Below, in pieces: positions 54,967-63,998 of a DNA stretch of 64,000 nucleotides (positions are counted from its first letter, which is position 1; each line of letters opens with the position of its first letter). The stretch comes from Lachnospiraceae bacterium (GTDB lineage: Bacteria > Bacillota > Clostridia > Oscillospirales > CAG-272). A program made the translations under genes and the position numbers. Location: the NCBI GenBank assembly GCA_024404495.1, contig JAKSPT010000013.1, positions 5,369-69,368 of the forward strand, read 5' to 3'. Below the pieces are notes generated by a model. The model did no database searches, was not told where the DNA came from, and saw nothing but the letters and a program-made list of their open reading frames with translations.

Positions 54967-56031
54967 ATGCAGAACGACGAAAAAAAGATTGAAACCGTAA
55001 CCGCGCCTTCGGGCGAGAAATTCGGGGCATACACGATCCCCGACCCGCATTTTTCCCTTTCCGGCATTTTCTTTGAGGAGAGCACGGACCGCTTCGTCCG
55101 GATGCCGTCAGAGATCGCCGAAAAGGTCAATCCCGGTGTGAAGGACGTAAACTCGCACACTTCGGGCGGCAGGCTCCGCTTTACGACCGACGCGAAGAAG
55201 ATCATGCTGAACGTCACCTGCGAGCGGCTGAACCCCATCTACCCGCCGATGTCGCTTCCCGGCAGAAGCGGCTTCACCCTGCTCGAAGAGACCGACCGGG
55301 GCTATTTTCACCGTGCCTCCTTCCTCCCGCCGAAGCCGGAATTCACCGCCGTAAGCGACCTGCCCGGCGAGGGAATGCGGAAATACATCCTCTTCTTCCC
55401 CACCTATAACGACGTCCGCTCGCTGAAGATCTGCTTCCCCGAAGGGACGACGGTCGAGGCGGGCAAGCCGCTCCGCCCGGAGGTCAAGCCGATCCTCTAT
55501 TACGGCTCCTCGATCACGCAGGGCGGATGCACCTCAAGACCCGACAACACCTACGAGTCCTTTATCTATAAGCGGAACGGCATAGATTTCATCAACCTCG
55601 GCTTTTCGGGTTCCGCGCTTGCCGAGGAAACCATTTCCGAATATCTCGCCTCGCTCGATCCTTCCGTTTTCGTCGTCGATTACGACCACAATACGCCGAA
55701 CCCGGAGCATCTCCGCGCCACGCACTATCCCCTCTATAAAAAGTTCCGCGACGCGCATCCCGATACCCCGATGCTCCTGATCTCCGCCCCCGAAAACGAC
55801 GGAGAAACAAAAAAATGGCTCGACCGCGCCGCGGTCGTCCGCGATACCTATGAGCGCGCGATCGCCGAAGGGGATGAAAACGTGTATTTCATCGACGGAA
55901 AGGAACTGTTCGAGGGCGCCGACCGCGGAAGCTGCACGGTCGATCTCACGCATCCGAACGACCTCGGCTTCTGGCTATTCGCCAATAAGGTCTACGCAAA
56001 GCTGATCGAAATCGACCCGATCTTCCGCTGA
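54967..56031 (+). CDS. SGNH/GDSL hydrolase, tandem paralog
   Basis: Same motifs as the upstream gene, with long identical stretches. Confidence 0.92.
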   Translation: MQNDEKKIETVTAPSGEKFGAYTIPDPHFSLSGIFFEESTDRFVRMPSEIAEKVNPGVKDVNSHTSGGRLRFTTDAKKIMLNVTCERLNPIYPPMSLPGRSGFTLLEETDRGYFHRASFLPPKPEFTAVSDLPGEGMRKYILFFPTYNDVRSLKICFPEGTTVEAGKPLRPEVKPILYYGSSITQGGCTSRPDNTYESFIYKRNGIDFINLGFSGSALAEETISEYLASLDPSVFVVDYDHNTPNPEHLRATHYPLYKKFRDAHPDTPMLLISAPENDGETKKWLDRAAVVRDTYERAIAEGDENVYFIDGKELFEGADRGSCTVDLTHPNDLGFWLFANKVYAKLIEIDPIFR

Positions 56032-56057
56032 ATTCCATCCGAAAAGGAGAATCGCAC

Positions 56058-58829
56058 ATGAAAAAAAGGCTTTTATCCCTGCTTTTCTGCCTTGCCCTGC
56101 TCCTGTTTCCTTTTTCCGTGCTTGCCGACCAGACCGACGAAGCCTTCGATATCACGGCATACCGTGACGGCGTTTTCGGCATCGTTTCGCACACCGGATC
56201 GGCGTCTTTGACCCTCGGCGAATCGAAAACGCTTTCCTTTGCGATCGCACCGCTCCCCGAGGAAGCGAAGGAAGCCGGATTTGAAGTCGGCGGATATTTC
56301 ACGGTCATCACGCCGTCGGGAACGGTCTCCGATCCCGCGGCGGCTTACGAGGCGGGCGAAGCTCTCACGGCGTCGGTCGTCTTTGACAGGGTCGGGATCT
56401 GGACGGTACGCTATACCGCAGTCCTCAAAAACGGTAAAAGCGGTCTGACCTTTGCCGTGAAGACCGAAAGCGCCGACTTTTCCGTCAGCGAAAAACAGCC
56501 GGTCACGGGTCCGATCACGAACGTCTCGCTCTCGATAACGCCCGCCTCCCCGACGGTCGGCAGCCGGTTTGACAGCGTATCCTTCGTTTCCTCGTCGGAG
56601 GCGACGGTGGATAACGTCATGTGGAAGGAAAACAGCACGATCGTTTCGGGCGGAAACCGCGTTTTCTCCCCGGGCAATACCTACGTTCCGGTCGTGGAGC
56701 TTCGCGCGGCGCCGGGCAGATACTTTACCCTTTCCTCCACCGCGACGCTTGGCGGCTGGCGCTATACCGTTCAGGTTCTGAGCGGAAACGGCGAGGTCGC
56801 GCGCTTCACCTTCACGAAGGTCACGGTCGTCTCCTCCCATACGCATTCCGCGTCGGAATGGTCCTCCGATCCGTCTTCTCATTGGAGGGAGTGTTCGGTC
56901 TGCGGCGGCACGTTTGAAAAAGCGTCACACAAATGGGTCAGCGACACGTCGGGAAAAGCGGTCTGCACGGTCTGCGGCGCGACGAAAAGCATCCGCTCCG
57001 GAAACGAGGTCGTTTCGCTCGCGCTGATCGACGTCCCGACGCTCACGGTCGGCTCGAAGCTGACGGCGCCTGCCGTTCACGCGGGCTATACCGGGCAGTT
57101 CGTCATCGATTCCTATGCGTGGAAAACGGGAAACGTGACGGTCGCCGTCGGAAACACCGTACAGAGCGGGAAAACCTACTCGCTCACCGTCACGGTCAGG
57201 GCAAAAGCGGGCTGTGCGGTCGATGAAAGCACCGAGATCTTCGTTTCGGGCGGCAACGGCTTCACGCAGAGCGCCGCCTCGGTCAATAAGAACGCGGGAA
57301 CGGTCACGCAGACGCTGACCGCCGTCCCCTACAAAGCCGGAAAGCTCGCCGTCACCCTGCCCGTTCTCAAAGCGGGAATGACGCCCGCCGATCTGTTCGG
57401 AGAGCTGAAGGTCACGATGAACGGAGGCGCCTTTTCGGGCTGGACGGTCTTTGCGGTTTACGAATTCGACGGGCAAAACGCCTCCGGTGAGCACTACGTG
57501 AAGATCGGTCCGGACGGAAGGGTCACCTCCTCGGCGGGGTTTGACAGGATCAAACCAAACACCTCCTACGAAATGATGCTTTCCTACGGCGGAGCGATGA
57601 TCTCGGCATACGGAAACAGCTTCCCGATGCTCGAATACGCCCCAACCGAAAGCGATATCACGATCACCAACGCCTCGTCCTTTCGGGAACCGCTGAAAAC
57701 GGTCGAAAACGTCGTCGGGCTCCGGGTCTACGGGATCGGGGCGATCGCTTCTTCGGTTTCCAATCTTATCCCCTCGGTTTCGGTCGACCTCGGAACGGTT
57801 TCCTGCAATTCCGCGAGTAAAACGGCAACGCTGCAAACCGCTCACATTTCCGTTTCGTCGCTCGCTTGGAGCGATACGGACGGCGCGCACGCCGCTTCGA
57901 TCGTTCTGAAGGCGGAGGACGGGTATTCCTTCCCGGAAAAGGACGTGCTTTCCGTTCTCGTGAACGGCGTCCCTGCAAAGGTCACGGCGTCGGACGGAAG
58001 CACCGCGGCGGTCACGTACGAGGTCCCGCACAAATACGGCGCGTGGACGGGGAGCGAACCGACCTGCGGCACCGACGGAACTTTGGAAAGAAAATGTACC
58101 GTCTGCGGCAAAACGCAGACCCTGACGGTCGAAAAGACCGGGCATTCCCTCGCGGAATTTCCGGAAAATGAACCGACCTGCGTCGGAACGGGGTTAAAGG
58201 CGCACGCCGGATGCACCCTCTGCGGCAGATTCTTTGACACTGACGGAAAAGAAATCGCGGAAGAGGACCTGATCCTCCCGACCGACCCCGAAAACCATAT
58301 CGGCGGGACACTTGCTCACGACGAAAACGAGCACTGGACCGAGTGCGAATGCGGCGAAGAGGTCGGAAAAGAGGCGCATATCCCCGGCGAATGGATCACC
58401 GACGAAGAACCGACGGCGGAGAGCGCGGGAAAGCGGCATACCGAATGTACCGTCTGCGGCGCGGCAATAGTCGAAGAGCTTCCCAGGATCTGCCTTCACG
58501 AAAGGACGGAGCGCTCGGGCGCGTTTGAACCGAAATGCACCGAGGCGGGTTACACCGGAGACCTGATCTGCTCCGACTGCGGCGAGGTCCTCGAAAACGG
58601 CGAACACCTCGATATGCTCGGGCACGACTACGGCGAGGACGGCGTCTGCACACGCTGCGGGCAGAAAAAAGACGGCGAAACCGAAATCGTCGGCACCGAA
58701 CCGCCCGGAACCGAACCCGGTACGCCCGAAGAACCGAAAAAAGCGTTCCCGTGGTACTGTCTTCTGTTTCTGATTCCCGTATTCGGGATTTTGCTGCTCT
58801 TCTTACGCAAAAAGAAAAAATCCGAATAA
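56058..58829 (+). CDS. Secreted cell-surface protein with Ig-like beta domains, Cys/His-rich repeats and C-terminal membrane anchor
   Basis: Signal peptide (SVLA), S/T/V-rich region, repeated CxxCG/PTC motifs, PGTE linker, TM helix followed by RKKKK. Confidence 0.8.
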   Translation: MKKRLLSLLFCLALLLFPFSVLADQTDEAFDITAYRDGVFGIVSHTGSASLTLGESKTLSFAIAPLPEEAKEAGFEVGGYFTVITPSGTVSDPAAAYEAGEALTASVVFDRVGIWTVRYTAVLKNGKSGLTFAVKTESADFSVSEKQPVTGPITNVSLSITPASPTVGSRFDSVSFVSSSEATVDNVMWKENSTIVSGGNRVFSPGNTYVPVVELRAAPGRYFTLSSTATLGGWRYTVQVLSGNGEVARFTFTKVTVVSSHTHSASEWSSDPSSHWRECSVCGGTFEKASHKWVSDTSGKAVCTVCGATKSIRSGNEVVSLALIDVPTLTVGSKLTAPAVHAGYTGQFVIDSYAWKTGNVTVAVGNTVQSGKTYSLTVTVRAKAGCAVDESTEIFVSGGNGFTQSAASVNKNAGTVTQTLTAVPYKAGKLAVTLPVLKAGMTPADLFGELKVTMNGGAFSGWTVFAVYEFDGQNASGEHYVKIGPDGRVTSSAGFDRIKPNTSYEMMLSYGGAMISAYGNSFPMLEYAPTESDITITNASSFREPLKTVENVVGLRVYGIGAIASSVSNLIPSVSVDLGTVSCNSASKTATLQTAHISVSSLAWSDTDGAHAASIVLKAEDGYSFPEKDVLSVLVNGVPAKVTASDGSTAAVTYEVPHKYGAWTGSEPTCGTDGTLERKCTVCGKTQTLTVEKTGHSLAEFPENEPTCVGTGLKAHAGCTLCGRFFDTDGKEIAEEDLILPTDPENHIGGTLAHDENEHWTECECGEEVGKEAHIPGEWITDEEPTAESAGKRHTECTVCGAAIVEELPRICLHERTERSGAFEPKCTEAGYTGDLICSDCGEVLENGEHLDMLGHDYGEDGVCTRCGQKKDGETEIVGTEPPGTEPGTPEEPKKAFPWYCLLFLIPVFGILLLFLRKKKKSE

Positions 58830-58833
58830 TGCC

Positions 58834-58872
58834 AAAAACGGCTTCCGGGGTATCCCCGCAAGCCGTTTTTTT
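58834..58872. terminator. Bidirectional terminator
   Basis: AAAAACGGCTT.CGGGG...CCCCG.AAGCCGTTTTT inverted repeat. Confidence 0.8.
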
Positions 58873-58895
58873 GATTGAAATGCGATTTTCCGGGA

Positions 58896-61499
58896 TCAGA
58901 ACAAGTGGCTTTCCTGCACGAATTTGTTATACTCCTCCTCGGTTCGGAAGCAGACGAATTCCTGACTGGAGGTCATCAGATATCTGCCGTTCATGCCGGA
59001 GGGGATGCGGAAGATCGCTTTGGCACGGTAGCCCTCTTCGGTGAGGTGCGGCTCCAAGTATTCCCACGCGCTGCCGATCTGCATGGGCAGATATTCGTCC
59101 TCCTTTGCCGCAGGAACGTCGTACTTTTCAAGCAGGCATTCGGCATAGCACTTTTCTCCCCACGTGGAGGCGGATTTTACGATGCCGACGCCGGGCGCAA
59201 ACCAGTATTCTTTCAGACCGGCTCCTATGTATTCATACCAATTGTCAAAATACCAGTTTTCACCCGTTCCCTCGGGGCGGTCAATATTCATCGTGATCTT
59301 CCGGCAGTTGTCGAAGGTACCGGCGGGAACGGTGACCGTGCCGCCGTCCTCCACCGTGAAAACGAGCGTCAGCCCGTCCATCACCGGCTTTTCCTCGCGG
59401 TAACCGATGACCCATTTTTCATCCCACAGACAGCCCATGAACTGATGGATAAAACGGAAGGGTTTTAACCCGAAAATCCTGTCTTCATATCTGCCTCTCG
59501 CGCCGAAACGGCACGGTCCGAAGCTTCTGATACAGAAGTTCTGATATTTCACCCCGGTTTTTCCGACTTCCAACGACGCGGCTCCGATGCTGGACGGGCA
59601 GAAGCGATAGCCCTTCTTCTGATAATCCGCAAAGCGCGACAGCACTTCGATTGCGAAAAGCGAACTTCTGACTGCTTCCTCGTTCACGTTCAGCCGAACT
59701 GCCTTTTTCAGCAATCCGATCGCTTCTGTGATCTTCCAGTCGTTGCAGAGCGCTTCGGCGGAGGAAAGATACACGGAGGAATCGAGATCGTCACACGATT
59801 CATAGTCCTTGACCAGCGCGACCGGCGAAGTCACAGCAAGATTTGTCAGATATCCGTCGGTGTATTCTACCGTCCGCTCGATATCGTGGTAGATATAGCT
59901 CGGCGCGTCTGGATTACGGTAGACCCAGCGGTTGCCGACGGCAAACGGATAATATCCGTCTCCGCCCTTCACCGTGTACCCGCAAAGCCCGTAGTTTTCC
60001 ACCGCGGCGCTGTTGACCCTCACCTTCACGGGTCCCACGCCGAGCGCGTACCACACGTCCATAACGTAAGGGTCGCCCCACGACGGCTTGTTCACGGTCC
60101 TCGTGTGCATACAGTTTTCAAAGCGTCCCGCGGCGACCGTAACGGTTTCTCCGTAGGAAACGCATTCCAGCGTCGCACCATCCTCGCCGGTCAGAACATC
60201 TCCCGGCTTCATATTCGTGTCGAATACGATCCGGTTGACCGCCGTGTAAAACACGAAACCGTTATGATTCAGAATACCCCCGATCTCCGGAATGTCTTCC
60301 GAAAAGCCGGGCTGATTATGGAAGAACAGCCGTCCGTTTTCAAAGAGAAATCCCTCCGCCGTCACCTCGCAGCCCTTCATCGGCTCGGAAGTCCGGTCTC
60401 TCATATTGTCGATCGCGCGGATGGCGGCAACGGCATTTGCCTGATAGGCATCTGATTTCTCAATCGAACCCGCGGCGGTCTCAAAGTCCCGTCTTGCCTC
60501 GTCAAGCCTGCCGAGCTTGATCAACGCCCTGCCGCGCCAGAAACGAAGTGCACCGTTTGCGTATCCATATCCGGGTGAGTCCTCATATTCTTTGATCTTC
60601 GGAAGCGCGGTTTCGTCAATGATTTTCAGCATTTTGCCGTAGTCGTTTTTGTTCAGTATCTCATCAATCAGCTTATTCGCGATGACACGGACGTTTTCCC
60701 CGGTCTCTGCGGCGCGATCTCTTTTTTCAAGAAGCTCGTTTCTTCTGCCGTCATCCGGTTCGTTTCTGCTTTGATAGTTCAGCAGATCCGAAAGGTAATA
60801 CTGCTTCGTCTTTTCGTCCCCGATCTTCTCGGCAAGACCGATCGCCTCCCGGACCTCTTCGTCGTATTTGTCGTCATACTTCCCGCCGTTGAGCGAATAG
60901 TAGTACGACAGCTTTTTGATCTGTTCCTTAATCTTCTTTTCGAGTGCTGTGATCGTTTCCTGATTTTCGTTCATATCGGATAGTTCCTTTCTGAGAAATT
61001 CTTTGGAATCGAAGAGGCGGCTTTTGACCGTATTTTCGGAAAGAGAAAGCTTTTTGGCGATCTCGCCGATCTTCATATTCCGGAAATAGTACAGCTCACA
61101 CACCGTCCGCCGCTTGTCGGACAGCTTGCCGAGCGCATGGGCAACGCGCTCCCTCTTTTCCGCCCGGATCGCTTCGTCGGCGGCAGTTTCGGTTTCGGTT
61201 GACAGAAATTCCGCCATTCCGTCGATATCGGCATCGGTTCTGCGCATCCTGATCTGCCGGAACGCCTTCCGTCTTGCGATCGCGCAGAGCCACGGATAGA
61301 ATTTTTCCCGGTCGGAAAGGGAGACAAGATAGCGGAAGGCGTCGATGAACGCTTCCTGCACCGCGTCCTCGGCATCCGCCCGGTTCCCGCAGAGGGAAAG
61401 GCAAAGACGGTATATCTTTGCGGAATACCGTTCAACGAGCGTGCCGAACGCTTCGTTTCTTCCGCCGAGCACCGCTTCAATGATCTCTTTGTCGTTCAT
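58896..61499 (-). CDS. ECF sigma-70 factor with ~690-aa C-terminal extension
   Basis: Region 2 DAEDAVQEAFI..FYPWLCAIARR; region 4 EIAKKLSLSENTVKSRL; then a TPR-like helix pair and two repeated beta modules. Confidence 0.9.
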   Translation of the reverse strand: MNDKEIIEAVLGGRNEAFGTLVERYSAKIYRLCLSLCGNRADAEDAVQEAFIDAFRYLVSLSDREKFYPWLCAIARRKAFRQIRMRRTDADIDGMAEFLSTETETAADEAIRAEKRERVAHALGKLSDKRRTVCELYYFRNMKIGEIAKKLSLSENTVKSRLFDSKEFLRKELSDMNENQETITALEKKIKEQIKKLSYYYSLNGGKYDDKYDEEVREAIGLAEKIGDEKTKQYYLSDLLNYQSRNEPDDGRRNELLEKRDRAAETGENVRVIANKLIDEILNKNDYGKMLKIIDETALPKIKEYEDSPGYGYANGALRFWRGRALIKLGRLDEARRDFETAAGSIEKSDAYQANAVAAIRAIDNMRDRTSEPMKGCEVTAEGFLFENGRLFFHNQPGFSEDIPEIGGILNHNGFVFYTAVNRIVFDTNMKPGDVLTGEDGATLECVSYGETVTVAAGRFENCMHTRTVNKPSWGDPYVMDVWYALGVGPVKVRVNSAAVENYGLCGYTVKGGDGYYPFAVGNRWVYRNPDAPSYIYHDIERTVEYTDGYLTNLAVTSPVALVKDYESCDDLDSSVYLSSAEALCNDWKITEAIGLLKKAVRLNVNEEAVRSSLFAIEVLSRFADYQKKGYRFCPSSIGAASLEVGKTGVKYQNFCIRSFGPCRFGARGRYEDRIFGLKPFRFIHQFMGCLWDEKWVIGYREEKPVMDGLTLVFTVEDGGTVTVPAGTFDNCRKITMNIDRPEGTGENWYFDNWYEYIGAGLKEYWFAPGVGIVKSASTWGEKCYAECLLEKYDVPAAKEDEYLPMQIGSAWEYLEPHLTEEGYRAKAIFRIPSGMNGRYLMTSSQEFVCFRTEEEYNKFVQESHLF

Positions 61500-61536
61500 C
61501 GCGTTTCCTCCTTCTTTCTTTTTTGCAGCTGCACCA

Positions 61537-61567
61537 TATAGAGTGCGTTTTTCCCGAAAAGGTTTGC
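61537..61567 (-). promoter_or_regulatory. Possible ECF-type autoregulatory promoter
   Basis: Minus strand GCAAACC-ttttcgggaaaaa-CGCACTCTATA just upstream of the RBS; the AAC -35 core is typical of ECF promoters. Confidence 0.35.
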
Positions 61568-61609
61568 TCCGAATGGAAAAAACGATTATTTTTTATTCAC
61601 CGGAAACAG

Positions 61610-61644
61610 GAATACCCGTCTGAAACCTTTCAGGCGGGCATTCT
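61610..61644 (-). terminator. Hairpin downstream of the small ORF
   Basis: GAATACCCGTCTGAAA-cc-TTTCAGGCGGGCATTC. Confidence 0.6.
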
Positions 61645-61648
61645 CGTT

Positions 61649-61879
61649 TCAATGATGATAATCCTTCATCATCTCGGTATATTCTTCAAAAGTCCGGTGA
61701 TAGCGCTGATACGCCTCTTCCTTCAGTTTTCCTTCCGCGTGAAGCTCCTCGGTCCGCTCGCCGAGACGGCGGCGGGCGTTGTGCGCGGGCTCCTTGTAGT
61801 TGTTCTGAAGGTTGATCTTTATCTCGTCAATGATCCCGTCGAGCTCCTTTTCGGCGGACGGGCGGAACAGTCTGAACAT
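61649..61879 (-). CDS. Small hypothetical helical protein (76 aa)
   Basis: AAGGAAG RBS right after the carboxypeptidase stop; LQNNYKEPAH motif; ends YHH. Confidence 0.75.
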   Translation of the reverse strand: MFRLFRPSAEKELDGIIDEIKINLQNNYKEPAHNARRRLGERTEELHAEGKLKEEAYQRYHRTFEEYTEMMKDYHH

Positions 61880-61889
61880 TCTCTTCCTT

Positions 61890-63392
61890 TTACAGTCCGT
61901 AGACGTTTTTCACTTTGGCTTCGAGATAATCGAGATAGCAATTCGGGTCAAAGGGCTCGCCGAGCACGCGGTCAAGCAGTTCTCCCGGCTTGTAAAGACT
62001 GCCGAAGCGCCAGATGTGCGTCCGGTTCCACTCGTTGATCGGCGCGAAATCGCCGGTGCGAAGGCAGGCATCGGGATCGGTCCCTTCCGCTTTCATTTTG
62101 CGAAGGAACTGCGCACCGTAAGCGGAGCCGAGGGCATAGGACGGGAAATAACCGATCGAGCCGCCCGACCAGTGGCTGTCCTGCAGAACGCCGTGTTTGT
62201 CGTCCGGGACCTCGACGCCGAGGTACTCCTTGTACAGACGGTTCCATTCGACGGGAAGGTCGTGAACGGCAAGCTCGCCCGCCATCACCCTTTTTTCCAG
62301 CTCGTAACGGATCATAACGTGGAGCGGATAGGTGACCTCGTCCGCCTCGGTACGGATCAGCGAGGGCTCGACGCGGTTTGCGGCGCGGAAGAGATCGCGC
62401 GGGGTGTAGTTCCCGACCGACGGGAAAAGCGCGGTCAGCTTCGGATAGAGGAAGGTGAGGAAGGCTTCGCTTCTGCCGAGGATGTTCTCGTAGAAACGGC
62501 TCTGGCTTTCGTGGATGCCCATCGAAACGCCGCCGTCAAGGACGGTGAAGGCAAGATCGTCGTCGCTGCCCGTATCGTAGAGCGCGTGCCCGCCCTCGTG
62601 GATCACGGAAAACATCGAGGAAGCGTAATAATCGGTATAATAGTGCGTCGTGATACGCTCGTCAAGATGCGAGCCGAGCGGGGTGGTGAAGGGGTGTTCG
62701 GTCTCCGAAAGACCGACGTGAAGCGGATCGAGCCCTATCGTATCCATCAGATATTTTGAAAGCTCGCGCTGTTTTTCCGCCGGGAAATCGCCGAAAAGCA
62801 CGCCGCTGTCCACCTGCGGAAGCGAACGCACCTTTTCGATCAGCGGCACGATCCTCTTTTTCAGAGCGCCGAAGAAATTGTCGCAGATCTCGGTATTCAG
62901 CCCGTCCTCGTATTCGTTCAGCCAGTAGTCGTAGGGCTTCTTTCCGGGCGCGAGATATCCGGCAAAGCGGATATTCGTCTCGAAGATCTTCGTCAGATAC
63001 GGCTCGAACAGCGCAAAATCGCTCTTTTCCTTCGCCGTGTGCCAGACGTCCTCCGCCTCGACGATCAGGGTCTCGTAGGCGATATATTCGTCCATCGGGA
63101 TCTTTTTCCGGTCGTTCATCTCCTTGACGAGCAGCTCGACCTCGCGCTTTTCCTTTTCGTCCAGCTCCGTCTTGTTTTCGTCAAGGAAGGAAAGCAGCTC
63201 CCCGGTCTCCTTCGAGGTGGAGAGGCGGTATTCCTCCTCGCTTAAAACCGCGAGGGTTCTCGCACGGTTTTCCGCCGTGCCGCGCGGAGCGGTCGTCACG
63301 CCGTCGTAATACAGAATGCTCATCGCGTGTCCCAGCGCCGCGCATTTTTCCTGATACCGTTTCAGTTCTTCTTTTGCCGTTTTCAGATCCAT
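61890..63392 (-). CDS. Carboxypeptidase M32 (Taq-like)
   Basis: HPFT, ITTHY, IHEGGHALY, IHESQSRFYEN, IRTEADE, GVLQDSHW, GYFPSYALG. Confidence 0.96.
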   Translation of the reverse strand: MDLKTAKEELKRYQEKCAALGHAMSILYYDGVTTAPRGTAENRARTLAVLSEEEYRLSTSKETGELLSFLDENKTELDEKEKREVELLVKEMNDRKKIPMDEYIAYETLIVEAEDVWHTAKEKSDFALFEPYLTKIFETNIRFAGYLAPGKKPYDYWLNEYEDGLNTEICDNFFGALKKRIVPLIEKVRSLPQVDSGVLFGDFPAEKQRELSKYLMDTIGLDPLHVGLSETEHPFTTPLGSHLDERITTHYYTDYYASSMFSVIHEGGHALYDTGSDDDLAFTVLDGGVSMGIHESQSRFYENILGRSEAFLTFLYPKLTALFPSVGNYTPRDLFRAANRVEPSLIRTEADEVTYPLHVMIRYELEKRVMAGELAVHDLPVEWNRLYKEYLGVEVPDDKHGVLQDSHWSGGSIGYFPSYALGSAYGAQFLRKMKAEGTDPDACLRTGDFAPINEWNRTHIWRFGSLYKPGELLDRVLGEPFDPNCYLDYLEAKVKNVYGL

Positions 63393-63416
63393 TTTCATTA
63401 CCTCCGTTTTTTCTTT

Positions 63417-63445
63417 ATCATAGCACAAGGAACCGGAAAAGTCAA
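63417..63445 (-). promoter_or_regulatory. Sigma-A promoter of the M32 gene
   Basis: TTGACT-17-TATGAT with extended TG. Confidence 0.75.
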
Positions 63446-63457
63446 GAATCGAAAAAA

Positions 63458-63484
63458 AGAACCGCTGCGCGGGCAGCGGTTCCT
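63458..63484 (-). terminator. Terminator of the Hsp20 gene
   Basis: GAACCGCTGC-gcgg-GCAGCGGTTC with a T-run on the minus strand. Confidence 0.75.
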
Positions 63485-63494
63485 GTATAACGAT

Positions 63495-63998
63495 TCAGTG
63501 AATCGTGACAGATCTCTTTTCGGGCGCGGGACGTTCTTTTTTGGGAAGATCAACGCGCAGAACGCCGTCCTCGTAGGAGGCGGTGACGTCCTCGGTGCGG
63601 ATCCCTTTCAGACGGAAGACGCGGCAGAAAGTACCGGAGCGCTTCGCTTTGTCGGGGCAGGCGTTCTCCCCTTCCTTCGTTTCGGCGGATTCCGCTTTCT
63701 TCGCGGTGATCTTCAGGTTTCTGCCCTCAAGATCGACGGCGATCTCTTCCTTTTTGAAGCCCGGGAGCTTTGCTTCCAGCCGGTATCCGGTTTCGGTCCT
63801 GCGGATATCGGTGCCGCAGAACTGATATTCCGGTGCCGGGAACCCTTTGAAGAAGGGACGTCCGTTTCCGCAGCCGTTTGCGGGACCGCGGTGAAATCCG
63901 TTTATCGGACCGTGTTTATGGCAGCCCGTCGGTCTTCCGGCGAAGCCGTAAGCCGGAGCGCGGTTGAAGCCGGACGCGGGACCGCTGCGGAAGCCGTT
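63495..63998 (-). CDS. Hsp20/alpha-crystallin small heat-shock protein, start at or beyond the window edge (not in the ORF track)
   Basis: Manual translation gives TDIRRTETGYRLEAKLPGFKKEEIAVDLEGRNLKITA...SGTFCRVFRL...VTASYEDGVLRVDLPK...SVTIH*. Confidence 0.92.
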   Translation of the reverse strand, partial: NGFRSGPASGFNRAPAYGFAGRPTGCHKHGPINGFHRGPANGCGNGRPFFKGFPAPEYQFCGTDIRRTETGYRLEAKLPGFKKEEIAVDLEGRNLKITAKKAESAETKEGENACPDKAKRSGTFCRVFRLKGIRTEDVTASYEDGVLRVDLPKKERPAPEKRSVTIH

